This document shows, one piece after another, positions 53,191-64,000 of a stretch of DNA of 64,000 nt (positions within the stretch are counted from its first letter, which is position 1; each line of letters starts with the position of its first letter). The translations under genes were made by a program, and so were the position numbers. The stretch is taken from contig OZ024740.1 of the NCBI GenBank assembly GCA_964016885.1, positions 246,698,001-246,762,000 on the forward strand. The letters are read 5' to 3'. Under the pieces are notes generated by a model, which worked only from the letters and a program-made list of their open reading frames with translations, was not told the DNA's origin and made no database searches. The DNA is from Eledone cirrhosa. Taxonomy: Eukaryota.

Positions 53191-53547
53191 ATTTTTTGTA
53201 TAACATTAAATTAAATCTACTATAACATTAAATTGCTTTTCTATTAATGACACTTCCATTAGTACCTCATTATCTGCCACTTGCAAGTGTAACCGTGGAC
53301 ATGCAGGAATAGAGGAGCTTCGATAATAAAGACTGCAAGATTATGCAGCCAGGAATGAGGCACGCTGGAACACCAACAGCGACTAGCGGTGAACACATTC
53401 TGTAAAGACAGCATTACTTGAAACAAGTCATTGGAGATAATTGGAACGGTCTTCTTTGGGACTGAAAACATAATTTCGTATGTTTATGTACATATCTATG
53501 TATGTATACATACATACTTACATACATTTATATAGATATGTATAAGT

Positions 53548-53670
53548 GAAGGCATGTGGCTAAGTGGTTAGAGAACTGGATTCGCAATCGTGAGGTTGTG
53601 AGTTCGATTCCTGGACCGGGCGATGCGTTATGTCCTTGAGCAAGACACTTTATTTCACGTTGCTCCTTCT
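53548..53670 (+). mobile_element. Third tRNA-derived SINE family (CORE-like body)
   Basis: tggctaagtggttagag...gagttcgattcct, then gtccttgagcaagacacttt; a decayed relative lies near 51530-51605. Confidence 0.7.
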
Positions 53671-53769
53671 ACCTGGAGTTGCGACCGATCGATAGTATTA
53701 GCAATTGGAAAGACCAATGGAAACACTGTTTCCTCGGTCCGATTTGACGAAAGTCGATCGTTAGGAATG

Positions 53770-54220
53770 TATAGCAAGGCGATAGGAAAAAGTTTTCTGT
53801 AGTCTTAGCTGCTTACGTTACTCATAAAACGAAGGTTGTTCAGAAGGCACGTGCGATCAAAACACTCGGAGTACTAACCAAATGTATATTTGTAACGGAG
53901 CTGTAGCACCAAGAATAAGTCCTGAACCAAATTTGAGTTTTTGCAAATGCACACTGCAGCAACAGGGGCAGAATGCAATACGTTAGCTGCAATGGCAGGG
54001 TAAGTGCAAGTATTTCCGCAAAAAAATAGTACATTTCTTCGTCAGCGGATGGTAAAAGCTGTGATAGGCCGATGGGGTCCGTTGTCCTCTCGGTGTGAAT
54101 CGCCGTTAACTATTACAAAGCTAGAGAGGCTACGTTAGGTTGTGACGTTTCAACCTTTGTTTAGTGAGCAATCGTGAGCAGCTAAGACTACGGAAAAACT
54201 TTTCCTATCGTCTTGGTATA
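53770..54220. repeat. Inverted repeat with ~70-bp imperfect arms (MITE-like or PLE fold-back)
   Basis: tagcaaggcgataggaaaaagttttctgtagtcttagctgct ... agcagctaagactacggaaaaacttttcctatcgtcttggta, with TA at both outer ends. Confidence 0.7.
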
Positions 54221-54240
54221 TATATATATATTATATATAT

Positions 54241-54273
<33 letters not shown>

Positions 54274-54304
54274 GTGGTAGGACACTGGGAGGTAATATCC
54301 ATTA

Positions 54305-54342
54305 CGAGCTGAGGATCCGCTAAGGTGAAACAATTGTTCTTG
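54305..54342 (+). ncRNA. Minimal type-I hammerhead ribozyme
   Basis: cgag-CTGAGGA-tccgctaaggt-GAAA-CAATTG-TT-cttg; palindromic stem III, weak stem II. Confidence 0.6.
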
Positions 54343-54379
54343 GTATGGTGAACTAACTGTTGTGTAACCACTTATATAT

Positions 54380-54816
54380 ATATGAATAAAATTAGTCCTT
54401 CATCAGTGATCTTCCAACCTTCATTAGTATTTCTTCGCTTTAAAGATCATATACCTCTGGTTGGTGCGAGCAATAACTAAAGAAAGTTATTGGGACACGT
54501 AAAATAGGGTGAAGCGAGCGAGACATGTAAACAAACAGAGATGGTAATGCAACGGAAAGAGAGGAAGAGAAGAGACAAGTCCGTGATATCTATGAACTTA
54601 AGCTCGGTGAAATCATAGAAGAGAGGTAAAGACCATCCGACCTGGGCGAGATATGAGCGAGAAAAGGATTTCACACAGGTCAAACAGGAGGAAGTGATAG
54701 AGGGGGAAAAGCAGAGGGTGAGTGAAAGGGTGAGGAAGAGGACAACTGAGAGAGAGTGACTGGCTATACCTCTGAAGGTTGGAAGATCACTGATGAAGGA
54801 CTAATTTTATTCATAT
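54380..54816. repeat. Perfect ~44-bp inverted repeat carrying a hammerhead 5' half
   Basis: tgaaggttggaagatca-CTGATGA-aggactaattttattcata on both strands (54380-54423 and 54773-54816). Confidence 0.8.
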
Positions 54817-54864
54817 GTAACCCATGTGCAACCACGCAGCACGCCATTTTTCATATATTTATAT

Positions 54865-56855
54865 TTGTCTAGGAAGTCTATGTCGATCTCACAGATCACA
54901 AATTTGTGGTCTGTGTAGTCGACTATTTTAAATTGTGGACAACTTATACTAGCCTTATCTAGTTCTCTGCAGAATACCCTATCGAGATACGATCTGGATG
55001 ACCCGACGCGGTTTGTCCATGTCCACATTGGCACATTCGAGTGATCCAGTTGATACCTGTCAGATAATTCAAAACGTCTGAGCAGGTTGATGAGGCTCTT
55101 TCACGCTCCTCGCCTATCCACTAGCCCCACACAATCCCAGCGTGCATCCAAGATCCCGTTCCAGTCGCCCACTAACACTAAAGGGCGGAAACGTTTCAAG
55201 AAAGGTCTCTAGACATCTGAAGAAATGTGGCCGTCCTGCCTCAGATGGGGCGTAGACGGCTACTAGCCTGAAAGCATTGCCTTCGCTGCCGGTCACGTCC
55301 AGCACCACCGACTTACCTTCTGCGTCCAGGAAGATGGCCCGTATGGCGAGATCCAAGCCTCTCCGAAAAAGGACGGCAACCCCTCCCCCAGATCCTGGAC
55401 GTCTGGGAGATGCGTATACATCGTAGCCACCGAAGATCGGTGCGAAGGCTCGTGCTTCGGAGATTCTGGTCTCGCTGATGGCCACCACATCTATGTTTAG
55501 TGATCTGAGGTCGTTGAGAAGGTGACCCTGCTTCCAAGATGACCTCAGGCCACGTGCATTTATACTGCCTATTCTAAGTACGGCCATGTTGGATGAGAAA
55601 CGGTGGTGAAGGGACAGTAGAACCGTCCCTTTGGCTGGTCATGGGGGTTCCAAGAGGATGTCAGTGTATATCCTCTTGGTAACCGACGCTCTGAAGTCTC
55701 CAACTGCGTAAGAGAATTTTTGTTTTAAAAGTTTGTACTGTTCTATTTTGATATCAATGATGCTTATGTTTGTCGGGAGAGTTCTTGGTGTTGGTGGGGT
55801 GTAGTATTTTTTCCTGTGATGTCTGTGTGCTGCTTTATATATTGTATGAGTTCTTTATTTGCCATGTTTATGGCTGTGTACATTTTTGGGGGGAGGGGTG
55901 ATTTTGTTCCTGTTTTCTTCTTGTTGCATTGGGTGTGTGTGTTTTGTTGTGTTTCCGCTGTTGGTGTTTTTGGTGATGCTGGTGGTGGTGTGGTTGTTGT
56001 TGGGGGGTGGTGCTTGTGGTGGTGATGGTGGTGGTGTTGCTGCAAGTTTCCTTGCTGCCTTTACCCCTCTTTGTTTGCCTTCGCTTTTGGAAGGTGTAGC
56101 TAAGGGTTTTTTTGTTTTTTTTTTCGTGGCAGACCGTTTGCTACTTCTCTCCCGCCTCAGACTCCATGTCGGATTCCGTGGCGTCTGGGAGGGGTATGTG
56201 CCCCACGGCTGTTGGTGGTGGTAGTGGAGCTCTCTTCGGCAATTTTGTTGCTGGTGCAGCTACTTCAAATGAAGCTACGTGTGTTGCCGCCTCTGATGCT
56301 GCTGCTTTAGTTGTCCGTGGCTTTGGTACGGGTGCCACGGATGTTGCCCTCCTACTCACCGTGGAAGGGGCTTCTGCGTTTGTTGCCTGCCCTGCTCTTG
56401 GTAGCAGCGGGCCAGGTATTGGAAGGAGAGGGGCCTTCTTCTTCGCTGTCTTCTGCGGGAAAAAGGCCCTGAGGTGACCCATTGACCCACAGAGATAACA
56501 TTTGTGCGCCTTCTTTCCACGCTGATAGGGAGTTGGAATCCTTCCTCGAGGTCTATGATATCGAGGATAGCGTCGATACATTCCTGGTCAGTTTGTATAA
56601 GCATTTGCATACCTATACCTGACCAGTTCTCTCTCCCTATTTTTTCTACTTGCAGCCTGGTCGTCCTGTCCTCGATTCCAGACGCAGGGACAGACGCGGC
56701 CAGCCAAGGTATGGGCACGTCGGGTGGGACCTGGGTCACTTTGATCCTCACAATTTTCTGCCCGCAGTAGGAGGGAACCAAGACTATCTCCTCACTTTTT
56801 AGGGTTTCCAAAGAATGAGACTTCGCTTCTTGGGGGTGGCGAAAAGTACGTCTAC
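54865..56855 (-). mobile_element. Tx1-like LINE 5'/internal piece: ORF1 plus APE domain, lacking RT
   Basis: ORF1 LVPSYCGQKIVRIKVTQVPP and CYLCGSMGHLRAFFP; ORF2 start MAVLRIGSINARGL...AISETR...SYLDRVF...YTDHK. Confidence 0.88.
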
Positions 56856-56983
56856 TGTGCAACAAGTCGAAAAATTATAGAACAGAACACAGACAAAAAC
56901 AAATGCAACAACAAAGTAAAAACAAATTTCAAAAGTTTTGAACGCAATTACCCCTACTTCCCTCGTAGCTAATATCAAAAACA

Positions 56984-57014
<31 letters not shown>

Positions 57015-57107
57015 CACTGGTAACCGATGTTACTGGCCTTGAAAAACAAAAAGGAAAAAAACAAACAAAAAAACTAAGTCAGACATTCAAACATTACAAT
57101 GAAACTT

Positions 57108-60100
57108 AAGAACCAACTGGAAGAAAGAATTGAATAGAACTGTTATGCAATGTTACCTGAAGAGTAACCCCAAGGAAAAAGGCTATAGGAAACGGATGCA
57201 TAACATCTGGAACGAGATTGGTCTATTTAAATTAGATGAACAACATTGACCGGGCAGGCTCGAGTAATAAGAACTAATGGATAGATAAGCGAGCTGGAAC
57301 TGGAGGAACTGAGCAGAGAGATTAGGTTGGAAATGGAGAGTGGAATATGTCAGGCAAACGAGCCAGTGGGATATGAAGGGGAAAAGATTGAGAGAACGGA
57401 TGAACCATCCGAAGCAGACAATGATCTGAATGCTGACATAGATAACATCTGGAACAAAGATACGGCCATTGAGGAAATGAATGCTGACGGGCTAGGACAA
57501 GATTTGGTTGATATCCTGAACTTAGTGGTAGATGAAATGAACAATGATAGTGGAAAACCTATGAACCTAAGATTTGTAGACACGAAAAAGTTAAAAGAAA
57601 CAACAGCTAAGGTAAACAAAGTCATCCGATACCTTGAGGCGAGGAACCTTCACCAATGCAACAATATCCTCAAAGCCACAGCAAATGCGGTGAGGAAATT
57701 ACTTGACATAAAAACGAAAGGAAACAACAAACAAGAAAGATCAGAACCTTGGTGGAAGAAATGACTGAATGGTCAAATCAGGGAAATGAGAAATGACATT
57801 GTAAAGCTTGAGTCCCTACTGAATGGGACATTACAAAACGCAGACATTAAAATAGATTGGAAATAAAGAACAAAACTAGGGGGAAAAAGCTAAATATTAT
57901 CATAGAGGAACTGAAGCAACGTATTGTAGCAAAAAGTGCAAAGATTAGGTGGTATGAGAGGAGAGTCAGTCAGTATAGACAGAACCGCATGTTTGACAAC
58001 AACCAGAAGATGTTGTTTGCACAGCTTGAAGGGAAAGCAAGAGGCAACGACGTGATCCCTGAGGCGGAACAGACTAAGACATTCTGGAGAGAAATATGGG
58101 AGCAGGATGTTGAACATAATAGTCAGGCAGTGTGGATTGAGACAGTAAACAGGAGATTAGTGAACAATCACACCAACAAACTGATTTGAGTATCACAGTT
58201 GAAACTCTTGAAGGGCAGGCTGAAAAACTAACCAACTGGAAATCACCAGGCCCAGATGGTGTGCAGGGGTATTAAAAATATAACCCCCCCCCCCCCCCCC
58301 CGAAACTGACAACCATGTTCAATGACTGTTTGATGTCGGGTGAGGTACCAGAGTGGTTGACAAAGGGTACTACAGTCCTGGTAATGAAAGACCGAATCAA
58401 GGGTAATGATGTTACCAACTATAGACCTATCACATGTCTATCCGTAATGGGGAAACTACCATCACCTCCACATAAACAACTTGTTACCGGACGAACAGAA
58501 AGGATGGCGAAAGAAGTCCCATGGTACAGAAGACCAGTTCCTTATTGATAATATGGTAATGAGGAATTGCAGGAGGAGACACACTGGTCTTGCCATGGGA
58601 TGGATAGACTACAAAAAGGCATTTGACATGGTACCTCATTCTTGGATAACCAAAAGCCTAGAGATCTTCAAGGTGGCAGATAACATCAGACAGTTGTTGA
58701 GCAAAAGTATGAAGTCCTGGGAAACAGAGTTAACATCGGGTGGAGAATCCTTGAAGATCAAGAGAGGTATCTTCCAGGGAGATAGTTTGTCCCCTCTGCT
58801 GTTTATCCTTGTCCTGATATCTCTGACCATTATATTCCGTAAAGTGAGAGCAGGATACAAGTTGAGATAAGGAGAGCTTACCATCAATCACCCCTCTTCA
58901 TGGACGATCTTAAACTCTTTGGGAAGAGTGAAAAGGAGTTGGATGTACTTGTTGACACTGTCCGTATTTTCAGCAATGATATATGTATGGAATTTGGTAT
59001 TAATAAGTGTGAAGTTCTAGTGATGAAGAGGGGTAAATTGAGCAGAAGCAACGGAATCCAGGTACCAACAGGTGAGATGATATAGGAAATTGACACTGAA
59101 GAAGGATACAAATATTTAGGTGTTCTGGAGGCAGATGACATCAAGAAGAAGGAAATGAAGGAATTGATAAGATCTGAGTATATTAGGAGAGTAAGGAGCG
59201 TACTAAAGTCACATCTGAACAGTAGGAATGTCATAAGTGCAGTGAATTCCCGAGCTGTGTCTATTATTAGGTACAGTGCGGGAATTCTGAAATGGAAAGT
59301 TGCTGAGCAAAAGGAAATGGATAGGAAGACTAGGAAGCTATTGACTATCTACAACATGTTCCACAAGAGGAGTGATGTCGATAGACTCTACTTAAGGAGA
59401 TCTGAAGGTGGAAGAGGTCTTATCAGCATAGAGGGCTGTGTTCAGATGGAGAAAAACAACCTGCACAAATACGTGACTGACAGTAGGGAGCCAATGCTCA
59501 TAATTGTACTGAAGGAGAGGACAATAGACAAGGGGATGTCCAAGGAGGAAATAACAACAAGGAGGAAGAGCAACCTTCATGAACAATCCCTTCATAGTAC
59601 CTTCCTTAAGAAAACTGAGATCCACAGACATGGAACTGGTTAAAAAGATGAGACCTTAAAAAGGCTACAGAAGGAATGTTAATGGCTGCGCAAGAGCAGG
59701 CACTCAGAACGAAGTGTGTGAAACACCATATTTACAAGGAGGAGGCTAGCCTACTGTGTAGGATCAGTGGAGAGAGAGAGTAGACTGTGGCTCACATTGT
59801 ATCCGAGTGTAAACACCTAGCCCAGGCTCACTATAAAGGCTGGAGACATGATGTGATGGGCAGGGTGTTCCACTGGTACCTATGCAAAGTAAACAATTTA
59901 CTACATTCTGAGAAGTGTTATGAGCATAAGCCAGAGTCGGTGATAGAAAATGATCAGGTGAAGGTGCTGTGGGATTTTAGGATACAGACGGATAAGAAAC
60001 TGGAACACAATAGGCCTGACCTGGTGGTTTTGGACAAGGAAAAAAGATCGTCCCTGATTGTAGATGTAGCCTGCCCATTTGACACGAGAGTGCAAGAAAA

Positions 60101-60406
60101 GGAGGGGGAGAAAATTAACCGGTACCAGGACTTAAAGTGGGAGGTAAAAAGGATTTGGAACTGTCATGAAGTCAGAGTCGTCCCGATTGTCATAGGCGCA
60201 CAAGGTACTATCTCAAAGAGTTTCCAAGGATGGTTAAAGAAAGTTAGTCCAGCCCCGCTTTTTGGAACACTTCAAAAGGCATGCTTGCTGGGAACAGCAA
60301 GAACCCTCCGATACGTCCTGAATATCCGAGGCTGCAGGTAGCAGCTTGATATTCATTTCAACAAACTTTCCAGTTAAATAACTTCAATGACTGAGACTCA
60401 AAGAAC
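57108..60406 (+). mobile_element. Near-complete R4/Dong-like LINE, family A, copy 2
   Basis: N-terminal WKKELNRTVMQCY...GYRKRMHNIW, RT (FQGDSLSPLLF, FMDDLKL), CCHC and RLE (NRPD...VDVACP); short 3' UTR then (AAT)n. Confidence 0.92.
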
Positions 60407-60442
60407 AATAACAAAAATAATAATAATAATAATTATAATAAT

Positions 60443-60920
60443 GATTTCTTTATTAACCACAAGGGTTTACATAAAGTAGACATTAAGGACAGTGCAGGAC
60501 AATGCAGGACGGTACAAATGGGCATTTCTGCGTGTAAAAAACAAAAACAGAGGATGTAACAAAAAATAACAATGAAAAATTCCCCAATAGGGGGCAGACT
60601 TCGGAGGGACATTTGTGGAGAAAGCCCAGTAAAAAGCCACAATGACCCTGACCACCAAGGCAAGTGCCCTCTCCCAGTTTTCTACCTTTAATTTACAGAT
60701 ATATACTCAGAGTAGGCCCATTCACTCGGGCCATTCTTGCTTCTCTCACCCATCTTTCAACAAAATGCTGGGAAGAGAGCACTTCCCTCTCTACTCTGAT
60801 TTTCCTTTTCAAATGAAATTTGAAAAAGTCAATCAGAGCATCACCGAAGAGGTAAGTGCTCGTCTTCAGCCCTTTCAAACGTGTCCACCATACTATCTCT
60901 TTCACCATGGCCACCAGGCA
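60443..60920 (-). mobile_element. Tx1-like LINE 3' fragment, close to the 30780-36638 element
   Basis: KEIVWWTRLKGLKTSTYLFGDALIDFFKFHLKRKIRVERE plus the same 3' UTR; (AAT)n on both sides. Confidence 0.9.
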
Positions 60921-60950
60921 TAATAATTATAATAATAATAATAATAATAA

Positions 60951-61529
60951 GCATTTTGTCCTGCCCCATCAAAAGAATTGGTGGGAGCATCAACTACCTC
61001 CCATACTTGAAAAAGATCACATCTCAATCTTGTGGAACTTTAGCATCCAAACAGACCGAAAAATAGATGCAAATAGACCTGATATAATATTGAAGGACTT
61101 TAAAAAGAGGGTATGCCTGCTAATTGATATGTCTGTTCCAATAGACAAGAATGTATCTATAAAAACATTTGAAAAATTGAGCAAGTATGAGGACCTGGAG
61201 ATAGAAATTGGAAAAATGTGGAAATTGAGAACTAAAACAATACCAGTGGTTGTAGGCGCTCTGGGAATGATACATAAGGGGTCTAATGATTACTTATCGC
61301 AGATCCCAGGAAACCCGCGTATAGGAGAAATACAAAAGATAGTACTAATGGGAACTGCCCATATACTAAGGAAGATTCTGTCAATATAAGTACATCACAA
61401 GTCTAAACACTAAAGATGCATGTGTGAGTATGTATGTTCTTCCTTGAACATGGCGGACCTTGTCTCTTGAGTTCACTGGTTGTGACTTGGTGATAACTCG
61501 TATGAACATAAAGCAAGATAAATGCAACT

Positions 61530-61530
<1 letters not shown>
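60951..61530 (+). mobile_element. R4/Dong-like 3' fragment (RLE domain plus 3' UTR), family C
   Basis: ILWNFSIQTDRKIDANRPDIILKD...LIDMSVP...EKLSKYEDL...IPVVVGALG; followed by a long (TAA)n. Confidence 0.88.
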
Positions 61531-61624
<94 letters not shown>

Positions 61625-61625
61625 T

Positions 61626-61808
61626 GTTTCTACTTTTGGCACAAGGCCAGCAATTATCCCAGTACATTACTGGTACTTTATTTTATCGACCCCGTAAGGA
61701 TGAAAGGCAAAGTTAACCTCGGCGGGAATTGAACTCAGATCGTAAAGGGACGTAACTATGCTGGAAAGCATGTCCGACCCTCTGCCGATACTGCCAATTC
61801 CCCGCCCT
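61626..61808 (-). mobile_element. SINE, main family, inside an (AAT)n tract
   Basis: Full SINE body with AAT repeats on both sides. Confidence 0.88.
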
Positions 61809-61831
61809 TAATAATAATAATAAGAAGAAGA

Positions 61832-62734
61832 AGAAGGAGGGGACAATAGGCCAGGGGATGTCCAAGGAGGAAATAATATCAAGGAGAAAGAGCAGCCTTC
61901 AGGAAAAATCCCTTCATAGTACCTTCTTTGAGAAAACTGAATTTAGAGATCCACAGACATGGAACTGGTTGAAAAGAGGAGACCTTCAAAAGGCTACAGA
62001 AGGAATGTTAATGGCTGCGCAGGAGCAGGCCCTCAAAACGAAGTGGTTGAAACACCATATTTACAAGGAGGAGGCTAGCCCACTGTGCAGGATCTGTGGA
62101 GAGAGAGAGGAGACTGTGGCTCACATTGTATCCGAGTGTAAACACCTAGCCCAGACTCATTATAAGGGCTGGAGACATGATGTGATGGGCAGGGTGATCC
62201 ACTGGCACCTATGCAAAGTAAACAATTTACCACATTCTGAGAAGTGGTATGAGCATAAGCCAGAGGCGGTGATAGAAAACGATCAGGTGAAGGTGCTATG
62301 GGATTTTAGGATACAGACGGACAAGAAACTTGAACACAATAGACCTGACCTGGTGGTTGTGGACAAAGAAAACAGATCGTGCCTGATTGTGGATGTGGCT
62401 TGCCCATTCGACACGAGAGTGCAAGAGAAGGAGAGGGAGAAAATTAACCGATACCAGGACTTAAAGTGGGAGGTAAAAAGGATTTGGAACTGCAATGAAG
62501 TCAAAGTGATCCCGATTGTCATAGGCGCACTAGGGACTATCTCAAAAAGTTTCCATGGATGGTTAAAGAAAATTGGCCCCTTCACGATTTTTGGAACGCT
62601 TCAAAAGGCATGCTTGCTGGGAACAGCAAGAACCCTCCGATACGTCCTGAATATCTGAGGCTGCAGGTAGTGGCTTGATATTCATTTCAACAAACTTTCC
62701 AGTTAACTAACATCAATGACTGAGACTCAAAGAG
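61832..62734 (+). mobile_element. R4/Dong-like family A 3' fragment with an uninterrupted CCHC plus RLE frame
   Basis: ORF 61858-62658 (266 aa) is intact: CRICGEREETVAHIVSEC, NRPDLVVVD...IVDVACP; tail (AAT)n to about 62841. Confidence 0.92.
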
Positions 62735-62741
62735 TAATAAC

Positions 62742-62841
<100 letters not shown>

Positions 62842-63379
62842 GTAACAATGGTTTCATTTACGCGCCCCGATACCGTGCCCCGCTTCCCTGGCAACTAATT
62901 GTTCAGTCTACCCATACGATAAGACGTTCCTGAGATATTCAGTGCATATATGTCAATAGAGTGGACTGAAGACCTGAAAATGCCAGGTAGTGTAATGTTA
63001 TACCGGCTTATAGTTTAGCTATGGCACACTATAAAAGGGTGCACACATTGACCCTGTACTCAAGCGACCTTTAGTATCAGATATTAACAATGAATTTCTC
63101 TGATATTTGGTACGGTTAGGACTTGAAATATGTCACACTCCCAACTGTTGATCACATTCTTTTCAGTGCATTTCCTTATTTATACTTTCTTTTAAATATT
63201 TGCTTGATCCTCGAACTCTACGCGCCCAATTCTATTTTGTTTTATTCGACACCTTCCTTTAAAATACAAATAAATTTATTACATAATATTTCCTTATTTT
63301 TTTCTATTGTTTTAAACACCCCACCCGAGTTTTCCCTGTATTTATTTTCTGTCTGATGCTATTTTCTGAAAATACAATA

Positions 63380-63800
63380 GTGATTTTTTATTTAGGCACG
63401 AAGCCTGCAATTTGTTACTGGAACTTTATTTTAATGACACTAGAATGTTACTGGAACTTTATTTTATAGATACTAGAAGGATGAAAGGCAAATTTGACTT
63501 CAGTAGGATTTGATCTTGGATTGTAGACAGGTGAAACAAATATCACTAGGTATTTTGTTCAATGATCTTACGATTCTGCCAATCCATTGCCCCTATACAG
63601 TAAGGATTTCTACTTTAGGCATAAAAACATCAATTTTGGAGGAAGGGAAACCCCATTACTAGTATTTTATTTTATCAACCGCAGAAGGATGAACAGCAAT
63701 GTCGACCTCTGCAGAATCAGAACCCAGAAAGTAAAGAGTAGGAATAAATACTCAAAGTATTTCACCGATTCTCTAATAACTCTGCCAGCCCATTGCTCTA
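63380..63800 (-). mobile_element. Two adjacent diverged main-family SINEs
   Basis: 63380-63592 (with a ~33-bp internal duplication) and 63601-63800; possible TSD ccctataca at 63591 and 63806. Confidence 0.7.
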
Positions 63801-64000
63801 AACCACCCTATACAATATATATATATAGTAGTAGAGGTGAAATTGAATTGCGTTTATAGGCGGCATGCCAAGATGAGCACTCGATGCTGTTGGGGAGCAG
63901 AGTATCCATAATAATAAATAGGGAACAAAGAATCAGTGTTGCATCATATACATGTTTAATATTTACATATGTTTCCCTGCCGATCAGCTCGAGGAACGAT

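Noticed and set aside
53548-53630. Functional tRNA gene
   Set aside because: A/B boxes are present, but there is no convincing acceptor stem and it runs into a SINE body.
54000-54060. Minus-strand hammerhead CTGACGA...GAAA
   Set aside because: Stems I-III do not pair convincingly.
60856-61389. 177-aa ORF as a standalone nuclease gene
   Set aside because: Read-through from antisense Tx1 sequence across (AAT)n into a truncated Dong-like RLE domain.
62960-63000. Hammerhead at ggaCTGAAGAcctg...cagg
   Set aside because: No GAAA box or stem III follows the hairpin.

Overview
Eukaryotic, microsatellite-saturated DNA with no confidently identifiable host gene. The SINE families and the dense (TA)n/(CA)n/(TATG)n/(AAT)n tracts look cephalopod (octopus-like); this is an inference. 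Almost all interpretable sequence is transposon-derived: a Tigger/pogo fragment, mariner and Gypsy fragments, Helitron-like elements, an RTE LINE fragment, Tx1-like LINEs (one apparently full length at 30780-36638), three families of R4/Dong-like RLE LINEs, more than a dozen SINEs and many Penelope-like (PLE) remnants. Two patterns stand out. (1) About 15 minimal type-I hammerhead ribozyme motifs occur in PLE-type repeats, including two tandem arrays (592 bp and 420 bp periods), a compensatory U3:A8 core variant, and several fold-back inversions that break in ribozyme stem II. (2) Two stacks of retroelements are joined by (AAT)n linkers with strict polarity (Dong-like sense; Tx1-like and SINE antisense), and the SINE 3' tail resembles the Tx1 3' end, suggesting an AAT-targeting Tx1-SINE partnership. 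All assignments come from manual motif reading, not database searches.
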